Positions 60,689 to 64,000 of a stretch of DNA of 64,000 nucleotides are shown in pieces. The notes beneath the pieces were generated by a model. That model ran no database searches. It saw only the letters and a program-made list of their open reading frames with translations, and was not told the origin of the DNA. Made by a program: the position numbers and the translations under genes. This stretch comes from Eledone cirrhosa. Its lineage: Eukaryota. Position 1 is the first letter of the stretch; each line of letters starts with the position of its first letter. The stretch is from assembly GCA_964016885.1 (NCBI GenBank), contig OZ024751.1:17050001-17114000 (forward strand), read 5' to 3'.

Positions 60689-61039
60689 CAATTCTCAACT
60701 AAGTTCCCAGGCGATTCGTGGACACAGGGAACTTATACAAAAATAATTCAGTGGATGGTAAAAAGCAAGCGAGGACTAAATTCCAATTAGCCGAACTATT
60801 ACTATGAACTATAGTAGCAGTTTTGGCAAATTTTTGCTCAACAAAATAATTTGGAGTTAATTATAAAGAATTTGTATATCTACCAACATATATATACATA
60901 TGCATACCTATGCTAGCAAATAGATAGGTTTTTTCAATGTCTTGGAATTTAGTCCTCGCTTGCTTTTTTCCATCCACTGAATTATTTTTGTATAAGTTCC
61001 CTGTATCCACGCATCGCCTGGGAACTTAGCTGAGAAGTG

Positions 61040-61123
61040 ACTTCCTGATGACGAAAGGCATTCTCCATGTTGTTCCTGACCGAAATTATGTTTATTCCCT
61101 TTCAGAAACTAATTAGTTGGAGT
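61040..61123 (+). ncRNA. Hammerhead with 53-nt stem II (mirror copy)
   Basis: Same fold; palindromic ctaattag stem III. Confidence 0.72.
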
Positions 61124-61275
61124 GAAATTTTAGTAAGTTAATTTTTATAATTTTCTTATTTTACGTCTTTCATACATATATATATATACATATATAAACA
61201 CATATCTATATATACATATATATATATACATAGATATACATATATATATATACATATATTTATATACACACACAC

Positions 61276-61346
<71 letters not shown>

Positions 61347-61351
<5 letters not shown>

Positions 61352-61687
61352 ATTCTTTGGGAGGGTCATGTTGCCAATAAGAAACACACGCACCAGTTGC
61401 TTTCACTTCAATTTATTATAATAAATTTATAAATTTAAGAATTTATAAATTTCCGGTTGGTTGGTTGGTTCCACAACCAGATGATTGTTCATATATTGTC
61501 AAAGTTCTTTCGTCACACATTCTGTGACCTCTTCAGTGACTGGGGATTCTTTTCTTTGTTTTTGTGCCTCTCCTTTGTTCTGTCCTACACCTTCTAGTTG
61601 TTGTGTGTGTTGTGTGCTTAGTTTGCGCATATGTTACATCCGGGTGTCTGTGTGTGTTTATATTTGTTTATTTATATTTTTATTTAC
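61347..61687 (-). mobile_element. Solo pLTR of the Naiad-like PLE
   Basis: Collinear with 13368-13700. Confidence 0.9.
61498..61540 (-). ncRNA. Hammerhead, extra G after A9
   Basis: gtca CTGAAGA g gtcaca gaatg tgtgac GAAA gaac TT tgac. Confidence 0.82.
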
Positions 61688-61721
61688 GGTTGTCCTTCCT
61701 GTTCCTATAATCATACACATC

Positions 61722-61761
61722 CCGAGCTGAAGATCCGCGAAGGTGAAACAATTGTTCTCGG
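61722..61761 (+). ncRNA. Hammerhead of the Hydra-like pLTR (61688-61795)
   Basis: ccgag CTGAAGA t cc gcgaa gg t GAAA caattg TT ctcgg. Confidence 0.82.
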
Positions 61762-61858
61762 TATGGTGAACTAACTGTTGAGTAACCACTTCTACCTAAC
61801 TCGTCCCTTGGACTGAATGCTCTACCACTACGGATATTACCTTCCAGTGTTCCACCAC

Positions 61859-61883
<25 letters not shown>

Positions 61884-61892
<9 letters not shown>

Positions 61893-61962
61893 GAATATAT
61901 GTGGAAGGTTGAGCTATGGGTGCTACCTACAAGCCCGTCTTTTTCTGTTGTGAATGTGTTAA

Positions 61963-62014
<52 letters not shown>

Positions 62015-62089
62015 TACACACATTCACAACAGAAAAAGACGGGCTTGTAGGTAGTACCCATAGCTCAAACTTCCACATATATTCATTAT
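61884..62089. repeat. Inverted pair of about 72-bp repeats around (TA)n; third copy at 62383-62460
   Basis: gaatatatgtggaagg...gtgaatgtgt and acacattcac...ttccacatatattc. Confidence 0.88.
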
Positions 62090-62102
62090 CTTTATTTATT
62101 TT

Positions 62103-62290
62103 GGGCGGTGGATTGGCAGTATCGGTAGAGGGTCGGACGCCATGCTTTCTAGCATAGTTACGTCCCTTTATGATTTGAGTTCAAATCTCGCCGAGGTTGA
62201 CTTTGCCTTTCATCCTTACGGGGTCGATAAAATAAAGTACCAGTAATGCACTGGGTATTGCTAGCCTTGTGCCTAAAGTAGAAACAATTA
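62103..62290 (+). mobile_element. tRNA-derived SINE, short-tail subtype
   Basis: Family consensus. Confidence 0.92.
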
Positions 62291-62297
62291 TTTTTTT

Positions 62298-62388
<91 letters not shown>

Positions 62389-62466
62389 TTCACAACAGAA
62401 AAAGACGGGCTTGTAGGTAGCAGCCACAGCTCAACCTTCCACATATATTCATTATTTTTTAAATTT

Positions 62467-62525
<59 letters not shown>

Positions 62526-62814
62526 CTGTGTGTGTATATGTATATATTGATATACGAAGGCAAACGAAGAGAATCGTTACATCTTCGGCCGCTGCATATT
62601 TTCACTCAATGACATTGAAAGATTTATGTTACCAATAAAAAAAACCTATACCAAAGATGTACTGTTATTACTTTTGCCGATGAAAGCGGCATTTCGGGGA
62701 CAACTGACACTGAAGGGGGGGGGGGGTCTCTACCATCACCGACATACATTATGCTGTTCGACACTCTAACAAAATTTCCTGTCAATCTGTCTGATTCTCC
62801 GTCTCTTTGTTTGT

Positions 62815-63222
62815 TTACCGAGGTTAAATAAATGACATAGTACCAACTTAAAACTCATACCGAATGGTCGTCTAAATGTTTTTAACTAAACATACATTAT
62901 ATTGCCAAATATACTGTATATACATTCATCTATACATCGCTATTAACTAATTTTTGTGGACGGCAACCGGTCTGTTTAATCAGCTCTCAAATATTACTAG
63001 AATTCTAAAAGAATCCAGCTTCTATAATTTTCGGCAAAGGCAGGGAAGTATGTGGTCTCGATAAACACTAACAAGTGAGAAATAGAATGTCAAGCACTCT
63101 CCCTTTGTTTTTGCCGAAAATAAGTAAATGACATAGTTACTACTTTAAAGGTCATAGCGAATGGTCTTCTGAATTTTTTTAATTAAACATACAGTGTATT
63201 GCCATATATACTATATATACTT
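62815..63222 (+). repeat. Unclassified repeat (15705 family), tail plus unit in partial tandem
   Basis: taaatgacatagt...aacatac...tattgcca occurs twice (about 62829 and 63125). Confidence 0.78.
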
Positions 63223-63292
63223 TCATAAATTCACATATATTTCTATACGTGTATATATACATATATGTGTATGAAAAATACACACACATACA

Positions 63293-63864
63293 TACATGGT
63301 GGCTGTCAACTCGTTTTCGAGTACGGCCAATACTTTATATCCATGTAGGAGAACACCCACCGATGCGCTGAATGAGTGTGACTTTTTAGTCCAGCCAGCG
63401 ACTTGAAAACTCTGGTACAAACACTACACTTGTGACAATTATTGACACATAGTGCTGGGCCCATGGTACCATGTGACGACAAGTGCAGAGAGATCTTCAT
63501 ATATAAAGCAATGCCGTGAAGCTCTTATAGTGAGCAAAGGCACTGCACAAAGCCAGTCCCACTCTCTTAACCAAGATGATATTTACCAAAAAGAAGAACA
63601 AGTCAACATCATTGGATACCATCAGGGTTGCAGGTGTAATATCAGAATTTTCCTTCTCCTAGAATTCTGCCTTGACAAAGGATAAGGGGTCATCTCTCCC
63701 GGTGATTTTGGATGGCCATTGACTCTTAAGAGCTCCTTTGCTCTTTGACAGGTTTTGTTTTTAGTCCTGCAGGATGTCCAAAGTCACCCTCCTCACGAAG
63801 AAACCTTGGTGGGGTTGCCAGTTTAGTCGCCAACGACCCGACCACGAGACAGGTTGTACTGGGA
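63293..63864 (-). mobile_element. Internally deleted (5'+3' bipartite) RTE-like element in (ATGT)n
   Basis: 5'-like segment shared with 57155-57350 joined to a 3' segment with CSVCTRVFKSLAGLKSH and a ctcgaaaacgag terminal hairpin. Confidence 0.7.
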
Positions 63865-63954
63865 TACATGATACATACATACATGATACATACACACATG
63901 ATACATACATACATACATACATACATACATACATACATACATACATACATACAT

Positions 63955-64000
<46 letters not shown>

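Larger units (their letters stand above)
60433..61173 (-). mobile_element. ORF-less PLE-type insertion: 430-bp pLTR unit, tandem tail and inverted partial copy
   Basis: Direct repeat 60433-60502 / 60863-60931; inverted repeat 60550-60787 / 60942-61173. Confidence 0.85.

Overview
AT-rich eukaryotic, repeat-dominated DNA that is intergenic or intronic. The SINE family and microsatellite density suggest a coleoid cephalopod such as Octopus (inference). No host protein-coding gene is recognisable, and the long 'IYIY' ORFs are (TA)n artefacts. The window contains about 20 tRNA-derived SINE copies, a near-full-length decayed R4/Dong LINE plus a second 3' copy, RTE, CRE-like and L1/Tx1-like LINE fragments, and Penelope-like element (PLE) remnants of Naiad-like and Hydra-like type. 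The main hidden structure is about 21 minimal type-I hammerhead ribozyme (HHR) motifs from roughly a dozen families. Most lie in short pseudo-LTR (pLTR) pieces next to (TA)n tracts, often as head-to-head or tail-to-tail palindromes, and several have core variants or very long stem II. Other signals: a candidate decayed picorna-like capsid (endogenous viral) fragment directly behind a PLE endonuclease, three RTE insertions with twin-priming inversions, and (TA)n arrays punctuated by repeated element tails. All folds and translations were done by eye and no database searches were run.
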